From: Laetmonice hystrix
Lineage: Eukaryota
NCBI GenBank assembly: GCA_965235115.1
Contig: OZ249447.1
Span: 25,730,001 to 25,794,000, forward strand
DNA: 64,000 nucleotides
Direction: 5' to 3'
Shown: piece by piece, positions 47,531 to 61,214 of the stretch
Numbering within the stretch: the stretch's first letter is position 1
How the letters are laid out: the number at the start of each line of letters is the position of its first letter
Position numbers and translations under genes: made by a program
Notes under the pieces: generated by a model
What the model saw: only the letters and a program-made list of their open reading frames with translations
The model's database searches: none
What the model was told of the DNA's origin: nothing

Positions 47531-48375
47531 ATAATAGCCTACAGACTCCCGTAGCTAACATTGTACCACGGCCACAAGTGATGCAGTGACGCTTCGTAGA
47601 CTTCAACACCAGCCTCCTGCATCTGTGATTAGTTTGCAATGCACTTTTCTACCGGAAAACTGTCAATTAGTCGGGGACACAAGGAAGAAACAGGGCAGGC
47701 AGTTGGCAGGATCAGGGATCTTGGCCCGCAGCTTGTAACCCCTGCAGCTAAAATAAACAGCGCATGGCTTCATTTTCCTTGTCCTCATTTTCTACTTCTT
47801 TTATGGTAAAAGAAATCTGTACAAGATTCAAGAACAAGAAAACATTCTAAATCAAACTCCAACATACTGACAGCAATTAAGATAAGAGTAACTGCCAATT
47901 CTTCCTGTCTCTATAGGCATCATCCACCGTAATGTTTCTCTAGAATATGCCCTGCCTACCTGACAGCGAAACAGCAGGCACAGTTTCCACCTTTACAGTG
48001 GCCTCTTAGCAGTGGATACACCTGTCGATTTCACGAGCACCCTTAGACAGTATTGAGGAGAAAAAAAGGTTCTTTGGAGTACCACAGCGACAATTTCACA
48101 TTTATGGCCTCAGTCGTCTTGTATCGTAAGGGGCCTGCTTTCTGGAGCGGTTAATATTGTCTTTCCCACTGTTTTTATTATAGTACAAGGCATCGACTCG
48201 CTGAGGTAGGTTTTATAGTACGAGGCATCGACTCACTGAGATAGGTTTGATGTGATGACCATACGGGTATCGGAAAAAGCGGGCGCAGCACTAGTTGGAA
48301 TAAATGAACTAATAAACTGGGGTTGACAATGTCTTGAAAATTAGGCGGCTGCACCCTCCTCCACCCCCCACGGCT

Positions 48376-48492
48376 CAAGTCGCCGAATGGCCGTGACGTC
48401 ATAAAATGAGCGATAAAAGAAGCTAATCCTAAGCCCTTACCCGGACACTCATTATCGCTCATTTGGTGACGTCACGGCCATTCGGCGACTTG
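48376..48492. mobile_element. 117-bp miniature inverted-repeat element
   Basis: 41-bp arms CAAGTCGCCGAATGGCCGTGACGTCA(TA/CC)AAATGAGCGATAA with 2 mismatches around a 35-nt spacer. TSD not identified. Confidence 0.6.
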
Positions 48493-51400
48493 TGCGCACC
48501 CCCCCCCCCCCCCCACAACACTTCCTGTACAGTATCAGGTGTTGATGCCGTGACCGATTTTACCGAAAAGTTCATCCAACTCTCAATATAAACACGTTGT
48601 CGACAGCAGCGAGGCAACGTGTCCGCTTACTGTCACCTACCGCGCACGGCGCAGGGTTACAGCGAGGGTCATTCCAAGTTTCTTCCTGCCGTGTGTGGGA
48701 GGGGTCCTTCCTGGGTGAAGACAAAACCTCGTTCTGGATGTGTACATGAACCTTGAAAGTACCTGGGTTGCCGTGTCTGGTGTCATGGCTCATCCGTTCC
48801 TTCTAATATTGACCCTGAAAGGAAAGAACCCCGGTCGCTGCATGTTTGGGTGACGGATTTTCTCACCTGACGATATTGTTTGTTTGCCGGTGAGTGCCCA
48901 GTACGTACAGGAAGTACTGTCATCTCATACCTTGACCACCTCCCATACAATCAACCAATAAAGTTCACCTGTAAACCAGGGGCGGGTCCAGGTGTGTGCA
49001 GTGTCAGTACATTGATGAAATTAAGGGCACTATCTCAGGAAAATATTTTTTTTAAATCATTTAGGGCCTTCATTTGACAGTGGACCGACAGCATCACAAA
49101 GCTGTAGGGGGTCTTTGTATTATTAAAGCTGTAGTATTATGTTAGCAAAGTCTTCGCATGCCTCCGTGCAGTTTACAATCGTCAGTAGTATTACAGACGA
49201 CATTAGAGGAGATGAGACAGCCTTCATCACCCACAATAATGGATTAAAATCCATCTATAATAAATGGAATTATAATCTGGATTTCGAGACCTGAACTAAA
49301 TCAAGATCGCCTACAGAATCTAGGATATGTAATGAGAGATAGTCGACCATCTGCAGCCAGGTTCCATCCTGTTTGACAATGGGGATTTCACCATGATCTG
49401 CCGCAAGAAGCACATATTTTACAACCGCGGGGCCCGCTCTCGCTCTCATGGTCGTTTATCACATTCATTGAGATTATGCCTGGAATTGCACCACGTATAC
49501 GTCTCCTCAATCTCTACAGTTGACCTCTCAATATAAGTTCGTTTATTGTGGTCACGCCACAAGCTATACTGCTCTCCCGATGGTCATTTCCTGGCGATGT
49601 GAGTCAAAGCCGCCACCACTTACGGTCAGCTCTTAACATCAGGCGATGGATCGAGGGTGCTGCTAGATGATACCTCTCGGGTACTTCATTTTGGAAAGGA
49701 GCTGGCAAATCACCATCTGTCCCAGCAATCTTACACCTGTTCTTAATTGTGTTGTTGACATAATTCCATCGGGGATTAAGGACTTACGGCAGGCGACTTT
49801 GCTGCGAATTTATGAAGGCGTGGATTTACAGCTAGATTAAAGAGCTCAAGGCAGAACTGCTCGAGTCGGATAAACTACTACTATCTAGGCTAACTCGGGC
49901 TAACTTTGACAAATACAAGGTGCTTGGATGAATGGCAGAAGTCATTAATAGGTTAAGTTTGAATATCAGGAGCGTGAAACATGTTTATTAGAGCTAAAAT
50001 TATACAAGAGTATTGTATATATGGACGGGTGTTCGTATGGGGTGTGTTTCTAAGGGCCGTTACGTGTACAGTCAGATTTCTATGCTACAGACATGACATT
50101 CTGCAAGGCTGTTCTAATCGGTGAACCTTTTTAGATCTGAGACATGTTTTGTTAAAATAAAAGTTTGAAATCCGAAACTGTACATGAATAAAACCGTAAA
50201 TTTCTCTTTACGTGAGCCTCATACTGTTTACTGTCACGGGAAACTATACGAATACATATATCACCTGGCGACGCGTCAATTTGGAAGGGTAAGAATAAAT
50301 TTGAATTTAACCCCATTGTCATGTTCTTAGCCATTCATAAATATTAAGTGTCTTTTCCTCGCATTCATTTTCGTTTTACTCCAGGAGTGTATGCCTGCAG
50401 TGCCTCTATCAATCCATTACCGAAAGAAGGTTGTTTCATACAAAAGTAGATCGCCGAAGGGTAGAAACAATCTAGATTGATGCTCCTGAAATCCGATCTC
50501 TGCCATCACTTCACATCATAATGGACCAAGCAGGATTTATTTAACGATTTTGATTTTGTGTTGCGTCAGATGAACTAATTATTGAAGGCGATAGGAACGA
50601 AATGTTAAGAACGTAAGCCAGAGAATAGTTTGGAAAGAGATATGCTCATTAAACCTATAGTAATATGACATTTAAAACCGATATTTTAACCCGTTATCAA
50701 AATACACGAACGGCAGTCAGGTATTCCTTCAGTATTGATACCAAGCCCTCAGAATCTCCTCCTCTAGGTTCTCCTGTCCGGTCTACCACCAGTGTGTTTA
50801 CAGTAGGGTCTACACATACATATACGTCTACCTAGTTGTTATCTAATCCGGTATTATCAAGCTGTATTGATCCCTTGCCCTTAGAGATGTCGGTCTTTAC
50901 CCAACAAGCAAGGTAAACGGGCACAGATATCGGACCACGGGAACCACCCTGGGGACGGGGCCGATAGGACAGGGTCAGGGTGAACCTTTCTTAAAGCAAG
51001 CACCATTTGATGCTTGTTAGAGGGGCGCCTGTTGGCTGAATCGATACCTACACCTGACGTCACAAGAACACGTGACTCGTGGAGGGCGGGCTGTCTATTG
51101 CGGGTGGGCTGCACGCCGGGCGGGCCAGGGAGCCAGCCGGTGTTGGATATTGACGTGAAATCATAATCTCTATGGCACAGTCCTCATTCAATCAACCGTT
51201 AAAGGGCCTAGTCCATGTTTTCATACTCGCTTTTTCTTTGCAAAGAACTGCTGCCAAAACCAGCCGCCTTGGCTATCGTGTGCCTGCAGCCGGGGCGGGC
51301 AGCGTGGTCGGATGGCGGGCGGCTATTTGCTGAATAGTGCATAACTCATCCAGGATGAAGAGAGAGCCCGTGAAGTTGGCTGGAAAATCTACCTTTCCAA

Positions 51401-53837
51401 GGAAATTAAGACCCCTAGAGACATGTTTTTATATAGTAACTTAGACATGCTTTTAGTGGCCACCAAGCCTCCTGTCTTATTGATATAAAGGTGTGAGATG
51501 AACGGAAATACTGGTTTTAATAAAGTCGACACGCTGAGTGCGTAAATACAGGGCGTGTGAAAGAACCCTGACCCTTCTTAGTACTGTTCAAAGACTTACT
51601 GGTCACTTTCATCAAAGCTACAACGCTCAGAGGACTCTCACATTATTTTTTAAAAGAAATCCCCCTCATTTATTATTCATTTATAACACAGCGATTCGTC
51701 ATTCGACATCTTAATCAGTGACGCGGCCGGACGTTGGGGTTCTCCAAAGCCTGTTAAATTTTTCATCTTGTATCCTGGCAAAGAGAATTCAGACCCATTA
51801 GTCACCGGGTTGTGGGTCGACCGACGGGCCACTCTAAAAATCCTCTCTATTTTCAATCTTCGAAATCTATTTTTTAATATCTTAACCCTCAGGCATTGCT
51901 TCAATTATGGTAGTCGCTTTGTTCCTCGCCTGTACTATAGAGATTTCGTAGCCAACAAAATATCGTCGTGAACCCCTAAGGCCTGTGCTGTCATTTGTAA
52001 CTGTAATCAGTTGGCAGAGAATGTAATTTATTAGTGCCTGCCGTGTTGGTTTGACCAGGGGAATAAGAAATAATGCGTCCTTATTGTTTTCATTTCTCAA
52101 GACTATTCCGCTAGTTTGTTGAGTGAGAACGTTGTTAAGAGGGCCTTGGTCATGAATGAGTCCGTCACCCTCAGTTACCGAGGGGTATGTCACGCCGGCC
52201 CGAGGAGCACGCCAGTGGGGCACGGTGTACTCCTCCCACCCCACCCCACCCGCCGCCGGTCGGGAAGGGCCCGCCAACCACGCCAGTCCACCATGTCGGC
52301 CAGTAATGGGAACATGGCCGCCAGAGACAAGGACCAATGGTCGGCTATTGTGCCTCACGCTGATTAAGACTGCATCAAAGACTGAGAGATCACGGCTGCT
52401 AATTGGTGTACGTGCAGACAACTTTAGACAGTGCCAGATAGGTCTTAAAGGGACACTTTAATAGAGGCCGAGACTTCGCACTTCTCCCAACAATTCTGGC
52501 GGAGTTAGTTTAATTTGAAGGAATAATGATTTCCAAGGCTGTAGACTCCAGGTGATCAAGAAGCTGCCTCAGTCTCTACATAATCTACTTATTATTCCTT
52601 AGTATAAGAAGAATCCAAGCGAATCTAATCTATAGCATTGAAAATATATTCATTGCTTCCCAGCACAGTTTTGTTCCCGTAATGATAATTGCTGTTCTAC
52701 CAACCATCATATAAAAGTATACCCCGTATAATAACATTGCTGTTCTACCAACCATCATATAAAAGTGCGTCTCTCTGTCACGTTGTTCGAGGCAGTCCTA
52801 CAAAATTTTACGGATGCAGAAAGTACATGCGGTCATTTGACACGTGGCAGCGTTCCCGTCAACTTCTGTCATGGATGTAGTCATCTTTCTCTGCTTCATG
52901 AACCTGTGATGACCGATAATATGTTGTCGGTATGCTCAGCCTTGTTGCTATGGTAAACATGTCCTCCCGCCTAGCCAACCGAAATACTATTACGAGATCA
53001 CCCTACGCTTCTGGCCATGGAAAATAAAGGCCTATCCTTTTCCTTGTAGGCAGTTTGTTGGGGTTTGTGTTTTTTGAGGACAAGTTACCCTTCACATTGA
53101 AGGCTGCATATCGCCTTCGCCCGTACCGTTAGATATAATATTCGTGGATGGTCAGCGACCGCTGTGGGAAAGACTGCCAAAATCAATGAGACTACAGCTT
53201 CCAGTACTTGGAATCTTGGCCGGTAAATTGTGTCTTATATATCAATCTACTGCCTTCGTATATTCCTCCATCTAAAACGATAGGAGTAGATTCAACAGGT
53301 TCCACGGAGCCCGCCAATTAACTGAATCCTTAATGAGAGATGCGGGACTAATTGCCAAGGACAAATGCTTCGGCATCATCTGTACTGACGTCGACGTTTT
53401 ATTTTATGAAATTAATATCGGCGCCAAGCACTCGATCACTCCCGTCTTGTAGCCGGCCGCCGCCTTGGAATGGGACTATCTGTCTGCAGATGTAGATCAG
53501 CGTGAAGAAAATACTCCCAGCAATATCATATATCAGAGCTTCGGCCAGCTGCTTTGGTTATAGATTGAACTTAATGCGTAAAGAATGTTTCGTCTTATCT
53601 CCAACCACAGCTGTTGCATCATTAGATTATCTGCTATGGTCGGCGGTAAAATAATAAGAGTGAAGGATGGGCGCGACTTATTGATAACGTTCGTCCCTCT
53701 CAGCCTTCAACTCCGTCAGCAATTAGTAACAACGTAAGACAATGACCGCCTCATTAATATCCTCGGCTACCTTGATCACATTACGCCGTGTCGTTCTACC
53801 CGGGCCTACCAGATCTGTTATAACATCCACGGCCGTC

Positions 53838-54292
53838 AGCTACCGGTGTGAGTACCCGCACAGGACGCCGGTAGTCGGTGTGAGTACCCGCACAGGACGC
53901 CGGTAGTCGGTGTGAGTACCCGCACAGGACGCCGGTAGTCGGTGTGAGTATCCGCACAGGACGCCGGTAGTCGGTGTGAGTACCCGCACAGGACGCCGGT
54001 AGTCGGTGTGAGTACCCGCAAAGGACGCCGGTAGCCGGTGTGAGTACCCGCACAGGACGCCGGTAGCCGGTGTGAGTACCCGCACAGGACGCCGGTAGTC
54101 GGTGTGAGTACCCGCACAGGACGCCAGTAGTCGGTGTGAGTACCCGCACAGGACGCCGGTAGTCGGTGTGAGTACCCGCACAGGACGCCGGTAGTCGGTG
54201 TGAGTACCTGCACAGGACGCCGGTAGTCGGTGTGAGTACCTGCACAGGACGCCGGTAGTCGGTGTGAGTACCCGCACAGGACGCCGGTAGTG
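53838..54292. repeat. 32-bp GC-rich minisatellite, about 14 copies
   Basis: Unit GCCGGTAGTCGGTGTGAGTACCCGCACAGGAC. It has no stop codon on the minus strand, which explains three overlapping periodic ORFs. Confidence 0.96.
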
Positions 54293-56209
54293 TATCCGGT
54301 GACTATACAGACAGGTTAAGTACATTGAGCGCTGTTGTTCCGCCTGTTCCGTGTCCAGGGCCTGGGCATGTGTGGGAAGTCTGCATACAGCTGGAGAGGT
54401 AAAAACTCTCATTGTATGACCTGCTCCATTTGTCACACTAACCACTTTTTACCTGCGTCTCGTTGAGAAATGACAAGGGGGGAGAGGCAGATATCGTGTA
54501 AGGCTTGTTCTAGGCGTTATTGTAGAGGTGTAAGGTAAGATTGGTAAGGTAATGGTAGAGTACATGTATTGGTATTTTTTACGCTCTGTCAATCTGCACT
54601 TTCATGGCGTGAAATCATTATTTACGAGTAGTTTTTATCAGGAGGTGATGGAACCCTAGGCATCCCCCAACAATTAATATAATGACATTGTTTCCAGCCC
54701 ATTTAAATCATTCAGCCAACCTTTGATTAATTTCCCAGTCTCATAGCGTTTTGCTCATCATGACGTTTTTTCTCTACTATAAGAGCAATCACGCTGTAGC
54801 AGAGCGTAAATCACACCAATGACACCGACCGCATGTATAGGATAACCAGCAAAGTTAATATCTTTACCTAAAAAATAACTGGCATCAATTGCTGGGATTT
54901 CTTTGGTGGGTGCCATTACTTCGTCTGTTAATTTTTTATGGATGTAATTCGAAACCTTAATGAGCGAGTTTCCATGTCCTTAAAGGCTTCAGAAGCTTCC
55001 AGCTATAGAGGAGTCGTCAATCAGCTATAGAGTATCATGTGCTGGATTATTTATTGTAGACTTAATTGAACCTTTAGGGATTCTTCCATGATCACAACAA
55101 AAGGGATCTTTTAGTTTTCTATTTTATTTAATATAAATTTCTGAGCACTGTTTTATACTTTAAAATAATATGCTTTTATGGCACATTCATTATTTACTTA
55201 TTATATTTATTTCCCATACTCTATACACGATGTCGGTGTGAACAATAATTTTTTTTTTATTGGTGTGAACAATCACGGGACAAGATTTCCAAGATGACAC
55301 TTTGGTCCGTTTGGTACACTGGTTATGGTGGCGTGGACGGTTTTTAAGGCTAGCTCTGCATGGTTAAACCACTGACGGCCAATTCTCAGCCGGGTGTACG
55401 TATACACACGTCCCACAAGCGACCCCCGTGAGTCCCTGGACGGATACGGAAATGTTATGTTCCGACACCTCCTACCGGAGAGCCATCGCTCTGGTCGGCA
55501 CACGTGACCGGTAGTGGCATTGTGGACGTCCAACGATTTGTGCCCGCCAGGCGCTGAGGAGGGACTTGGTGGCTCGGGTTACTCAACTCGTGCCGACCAG
55601 TTTCCTCTCAGTTTTTGTGCAAGTCTTGGCGTGTATTGGACGGGAAAGGACATGGCATGTCAGTGTCATCAATATTTGCAATATTTTATATGAATAAAAA
55701 CATGTCGTCTTACTTATGACAATTACATATAGGTGCCTAAGCCTAATTATACATAATTTGCATATCATTCATAAAAATGAAGTTCGGTTACCGCTATTTT
55801 TTATTTCAACAGAATATATTAATTGTACTACACAACCGTTGAGGAATAAATTTTATTTTTTTAGAGCAGGCTATCACAAGACCCGAATGCCCGGGCGGCA
55901 GACGGTCTAATTATCAGTAGGACTATGATACGGGGAAGGGCCCATGTGATCGCATCGTCTTCTTTTACATCACACCGAAATATTCTATTATTATTTTAAC
56001 CAAGCACTGCCTGAAGACAAACGCAGAAACAAGGGAAACATTTGGCGACACCTAACATTTAGTTGAAAGGACGAGGCTTACATTGGACGGGAAATGAGGT
56101 TTTGTCGTCACCTGACCTCGGGGGGTCACTTATCTCCGATTGCAGGTTGATCGATTTGCTGCTAATCCTCCGTGGCATTAAGTCCCCTATTATCGATCAG
56201 CGCGTCGTA

Positions 56210-56335
56210 ATCATCTTATCGTTTGGCCGGAAGTAGGATGGCGCGGCGTTCCAAGGACGTCGTCTCGATTGGACGGAAGCGTACGTTAACGTAACGTTAT
56301 GACGCGCTGCTTGCGTCCTACTGCAGGGCAGGTAT
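56210..56335. promoter_or_regulatory. CpG-rich promoter-like cluster (ETS, YY1-like, CCAAT)
   Basis: GCCGGAAGT, GATGGCG, ATTGG and CGGAAG within about 70 nt. Motif-level evidence only. Confidence 0.25.
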
Positions 56336-58225
56336 ATTTAGGTCCAACGTGCTGAAACTATTCTAACGTAATGCAAGGAACATCTGAGCTGCTCATGGGG
56401 ATAGGCGTGAGGAAAGAGACTCTCGGGAGCCACCGTAAAATTCTCTCTACTTCACTTGACAGTGCTAATGCGTAGATCCATTTCCTAAACATGCTGCTAA
56501 TAGCCCTACCAATAAAACGATAGGGTGTAATCGATATACCTCGTTACATGTCGAGGGGTGTCTACGACAAAGTCTACCCCGCTGTCCCTGTCGATAGCCA
56601 TATATTATTCATCCTATCTCCCCTGGAAGGAATTTATCTTAAGTGTCAACAGTAATAGTAATGCCAATGAATACATCAAATTCCGCTTTTCTTCGGCACT
56701 TAACAAATATCATTACACCAGAGACCTTTAACAACAATCCAAGAATCCATGTTTTTTTTTATTGGGGGGGGGGATGTTTTTTTACCAGAAGTACCTAGCC
56801 CCGCATAAGGTTTAAAGTAATAGATATTCTGAAACGTGTGACGTAGCGTATTTTCCAGCGTCGCAGGCTCTATGTGGGACCATTCAGTGAGTGGTCTTGC
56901 GACCCCAGTAAGATTGGACATTGCCATCGGAAATGTCCAACTTCCGAGCCGGCCCGCGCTAAGCAAACAGTGCTGAGCTCCCATCAGCAGGATCTCAGTG
57001 GGCAGCCGATCACCCCGACTTGGGCGGCATTTTCACGTGTCCGAGCAAGCTGAGAAGGGTCAGTGTGAAAAGGTTACGTTACCCCTGCTCATATCCGAAC
57101 GTGACAAACTATAGTGGTGAATTTGGTTCCAGATTTCGCGACAGGAAATCGCCCTGATAATGTTTCCACAGCCTTGGTATATCGGGTAATCGTAGGACTG
57201 CACACCATAACTTCTTCTCAGCTGACTAAACTCGCAGTCAGTTAGGATGTTTTCCTCACTGGAGCACACGATGCTCGTAATCTGTAGGGTGAAGATATGA
57301 TACAAAACTCTCATTGTTTCTGTGAAGAGAATGTTATGGTCAGGACTGTTGTCTGGAGTCTGGTGCATAGGCCCCGGAACATTAGTCGTTTAATATGGTT
57401 AACAGCCAGCATGAAACCGGTGTGTTGATAAAAACAAAAACAAAAGCATAGCTTGGATGGTATTTCATTTATGATCCATCATTTCTTTAATGTAAAAAAA
57501 GCGTTGACACTTAAAGCGATGAGGAGATTCACATGGAAAGAGAGAACCTTTGAGGAAACACAAGAAGGCAGGTGTACATTATAATAAAGTTCATGTCCTG
57601 CAGTCCAACGTGACAAATGAAACAAAGAAGACAAAGCGATTTACAACTAGACTTTGAACATACAAGCCTGTTTTTATTAAACCAGAGAAGCAATGCTAAT
57701 TTATAGCGCTGGGATAATTTTAAAATTCCCAATCTGATAAAGCACAAGGACAAAGGGAGATCTAATGTATCACTTATATTTATCAAGAATCGTGATCATT
57801 GCTATCTCTGACCATGTTGTATTCCGAGACTACGGTAGTACGGAAGACGGTTCATTCTCCCACTGCTGTAGTACGGAAATACTGCCGTAGCGGTAGTAAT
57901 GATGACCGTTCATTCTTTACCGTAGTACGGTATAGCATTATTTGAATCCACCAACACAACCTCGCAGACTTTCCTTGTTTTCACTCAGTCTCAGGAGGTA
58001 TTCGGATGGGCCTTATTTCTGCATATTACAGCAATCTGACTGATTTGTTCCCGTAATTAGAACTGACAAGGGCAAGGTAATAAAACGAGGTTAGTTGATT
58101 TGGAAAGAAATATTTTTAACTGCCTCGTCGCAAGCCAGATTATAACAGGACCATCTTACATGCTATTAAGTAAATTTCCCTCGACAGCAAGTATAACAGA
58201 ATTCGACATAAGCCTAGATAAGTGC

Positions 58226-58547
58226 TCGGGTTACTGGGCACCCATGGACCCCAGGGGGTATGAGTCAGATTGCACCTCATGACCCCCCCCCCAAGGGTGG
58301 ATCCTAATTAAACAATTAAGAAAATGTAAACATACCCTAGTCACCTCGTTTCAAACCCCAAACAATGAGTCACGTACCCATGACCTGATGTCAAACTTAC
58401 CCCAAACAATGAGTCACGATCGGGGGGGGGGGCGTTGACTCCGTGACGTCACTGTGACGTCACTGTGACGTCAGAGATGCAGCTCATGAATATTAATTAC
58501 ATCTCTGACTCATACCCCCTGGGGTCCATGGGTGCCCAGTAACCCGA
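58226..58547. mobile_element. MITE with 44-bp perfect TIRs, about 322 bp; superfamily unresolved
   Basis: TCGGGTTACTGGGCACCCATGGACCCCAGGGGGTATGAGTCAGA at 58226-58269, with its exact reverse complement at 58504-58547. Three tandem TGACGTCA motifs lie inside. Confidence 0.85.
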
Positions 58548-59822
58548 CTACTACTTAGATACATATTTTAATGAAACCAATAAGTTAAACTGCCCATTGC
58601 AAACCACAAATTCCTACCAAAGGTATCCTGCGAAAGATATTTTGTATTTTATCAGTTTCTACTTTCATATGTTGGTCGCTATTAGAAACGGTTATACTGA
58701 CGTCGATACGGACGTTATATTTATGCCCTGCTAAACTTTAAATATATATCGGGGGGTTATTACCAGTGCAGACATATCTTTTTTCGGCCAACCCCGGGGG
58801 TGTTTGTTACCGCTGGCATTGGCTCCAATCGTACATATATTTATATTTTATACGGCGTGTAGGATGTGGACTGGATGGGGGGGGGGGGGGGGTAGGGGGA
58901 TTGGTTGAGGGTGGGGGGGGGGTAGGGGGATTGGTTGAGGCGGGGGGGGGGTAACTTGTGTGGTATTACAACGTCTGTCGTTACCGCACTACTTGAGGTG
59001 GCTCGTGCTCTATGCGTCGATAGAGACACGTGGAAATGGCGTGGAGGAGAGGATGAAGCCGAAGTGGTCATTTTGTATGAAATTGATCAATTAAATAACA
59101 TCTCGTTATTTATCGTATTATATACTGATCGTCTTAATGATCTGCTTCATCTACAGTAGCCTGTCATGTCTAAAATTGATGAATTGATGAGGAGACGTGC
59201 TGAGATTTGCACACTGTAGTTGTGTAGGGAGCTGTGGCTCGGACTGGTAATGCTTATCTCTTGCTGGCTTCAGGTGTTCTTTCTGAATGATATCGTTTAC
59301 ACGACAGAGTTTCCGAGGCCGATAGTCACACACAACTAAGTTATAGATTGATGTTTGAGAGTCATCTATATCGATACATGGGGTCGGAGGGAGCCAGACA
59401 ACTCAGTCCAGGGTTCACCCTACCCTCACCCACATCAAAGGGATAGTTGGGACTGGGCAGGGGACCGCCTTTTGCGGTATGCGCATCTATACGATCACAA
59501 GTGGAGCTGGGGCGGCCTTGTGATTGGGCCCGGCCACCAGCCCGCCACACGCCCCGGGGCTGCGCGCCGGACTCGACCGTCACAGCCACCGCCACAGCCA
59601 CGTTCTCTTGCTTGCTGAAACGATAACATGGTTAGCCTCAGGTATGGCGCACGTTTTGTCACCTTCCCCCTTTATCGGCAGAGGAAATGTGCGGATTTGG
59701 TTGGTCATTAGGTTGGCTAGGTGACGCTAGGTTGATCGTATGGGATAATGACGAATCGTGCGCTCGCGGCGACGGCACACAAGGTGGGCTGGACGCACGG
59801 ACTCTCCCGCGCTTGTCAATAG

Positions 59823-59836
59823 GCGCCCCCTGCCGG
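59823..59836 (-). promoter_or_regulatory. CTCF-consensus-like site CCGGCAGGGGGCGC
   Basis: Matches the bilaterian CTCF core motif and sits in a GC-rich stretch (59350-59900). Motif match only. Confidence 0.3.
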
Positions 59837-61214
59837 TGGGATGAGGAGGCTGGTGGTGGGATGAAGCCTGGAGATTGGGATTAGGCTCGTTTCGGCGTCT
59901 TCAGGTGGTCTCGGCGTCCTCTGACGTCGTACACCCTCACCAGATGCAGACTCCTGACGTTTTCGGTCTGTGGATCCATGCATGCTCAACTAAACCGAGC
60001 TATTTCTGGTTCACGATTAAGTTGGCCTCAGTATTTGGTATTGGCCTCGACCTTCAGGGGAATAAAAGAGTCTCACCTTCTCTACTTCGGTCCTACCGTC
60101 CAAATCATTGAATGCTTAGAATGTCAGGACTAGATAATATTGTCTTGCTTCCATTCTGGGTGTTCAATTCCCTTTGTTCGATTGGCAACAGCCACAACAT
60201 ATATGTTAAGGTTTTCACAAGAGGGCTGTGAGACTGAAAGGGTTGTTATTTTTAGGGAAATGGGTTGTTGTGTTTAGATATATTCTTTATATTGCTCTGA
60301 GGAGATATATCTTTCTATTTTTGCTGCTTCATTATGATATTGGAGCCGTTCAGTCTGCTGGGCCTCAGAGTGACACTTATAGTCACAATCAAGCATGCAT
60401 AGCCTACATCCTTAACAGCAACTTTAAAATTAAAAAAAATAACACCGATAATATTGCCCCCCCCCCCCGCGCTAAAGGACTACACACATATTATATCGTA
60501 ATACAGCTGCAGATTAATACGCTGTATCCCATCTGAAATACAGTGTTAATTACAGTGCACATGGAGGAACTATTATACTGTTATATACTGGTCGTTTCTA
60601 CCGTTAATAGGATCATTCCTCCCGGTTGTCGCACGCCTGTGTTCATACAATTCCCGCAAGCTTTGTGTAACATAAATATTGATAAATAAATTGAAATCAT
60701 AATTTTAATGAAAGGCAACATACGGTGGGATCTTAGAATAAATACTTCTCATAGCTTGGCCATATTTAATATACAACACGGCAAACTCTCGGCCATATTT
60801 AATATACAACACGGCAAACTCCGGATATGACGATATAAGTGATTCTTGTCAACTTATTACATTATTATACATGGCCAGGTTTGATACAGGTGCATTGTTG
60901 GCAAATAAATCCATTTTGGCCAGGAGAAATCTACTTAACACACACACACAATAACAATGTGCTCTGAGACGGGAATAATTGTTCGCAGGGTAAATCATAT
61001 TAGATCGTATCATTTCAGTTCACTGCCGTGTTTAGTAAGGTCGGAGAGCGGAGTGAACAGAGAAAGGATCCATCAGGTTTTCCTTTTATTCCGTGAAGAT
61101 AATTATGTAAAGTGTTAGGTTGAACAGCGTGTAGACAACGTCTATTGGTGTGAAGAAAGGCGTGTACCAAATCAGCAATGTTCAAGTTGCTAGAGCTCTA
61201 CGTCGATTTCGTTA

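Noticed and set aside
51197-52460. TTAAAGGG... Kolobok-like left ends at about 51197 and about 52445, and a piggyBac-like TTAACCCTTT at about 33022
   Set aside because: No matching right-hand terminus was found, so no element could be delimited.
53100-53800. Protein-like minus-strand text (for example STPIVLDGGIYEGSRLIYK)
   Set aside because: Interrupted by many stops in every frame and carries no recognisable family motif.
53796-54445. Three periodic 125-201-aa ORFs
   Set aside because: Artefact of a stop-free 32-bp tandem repeat.
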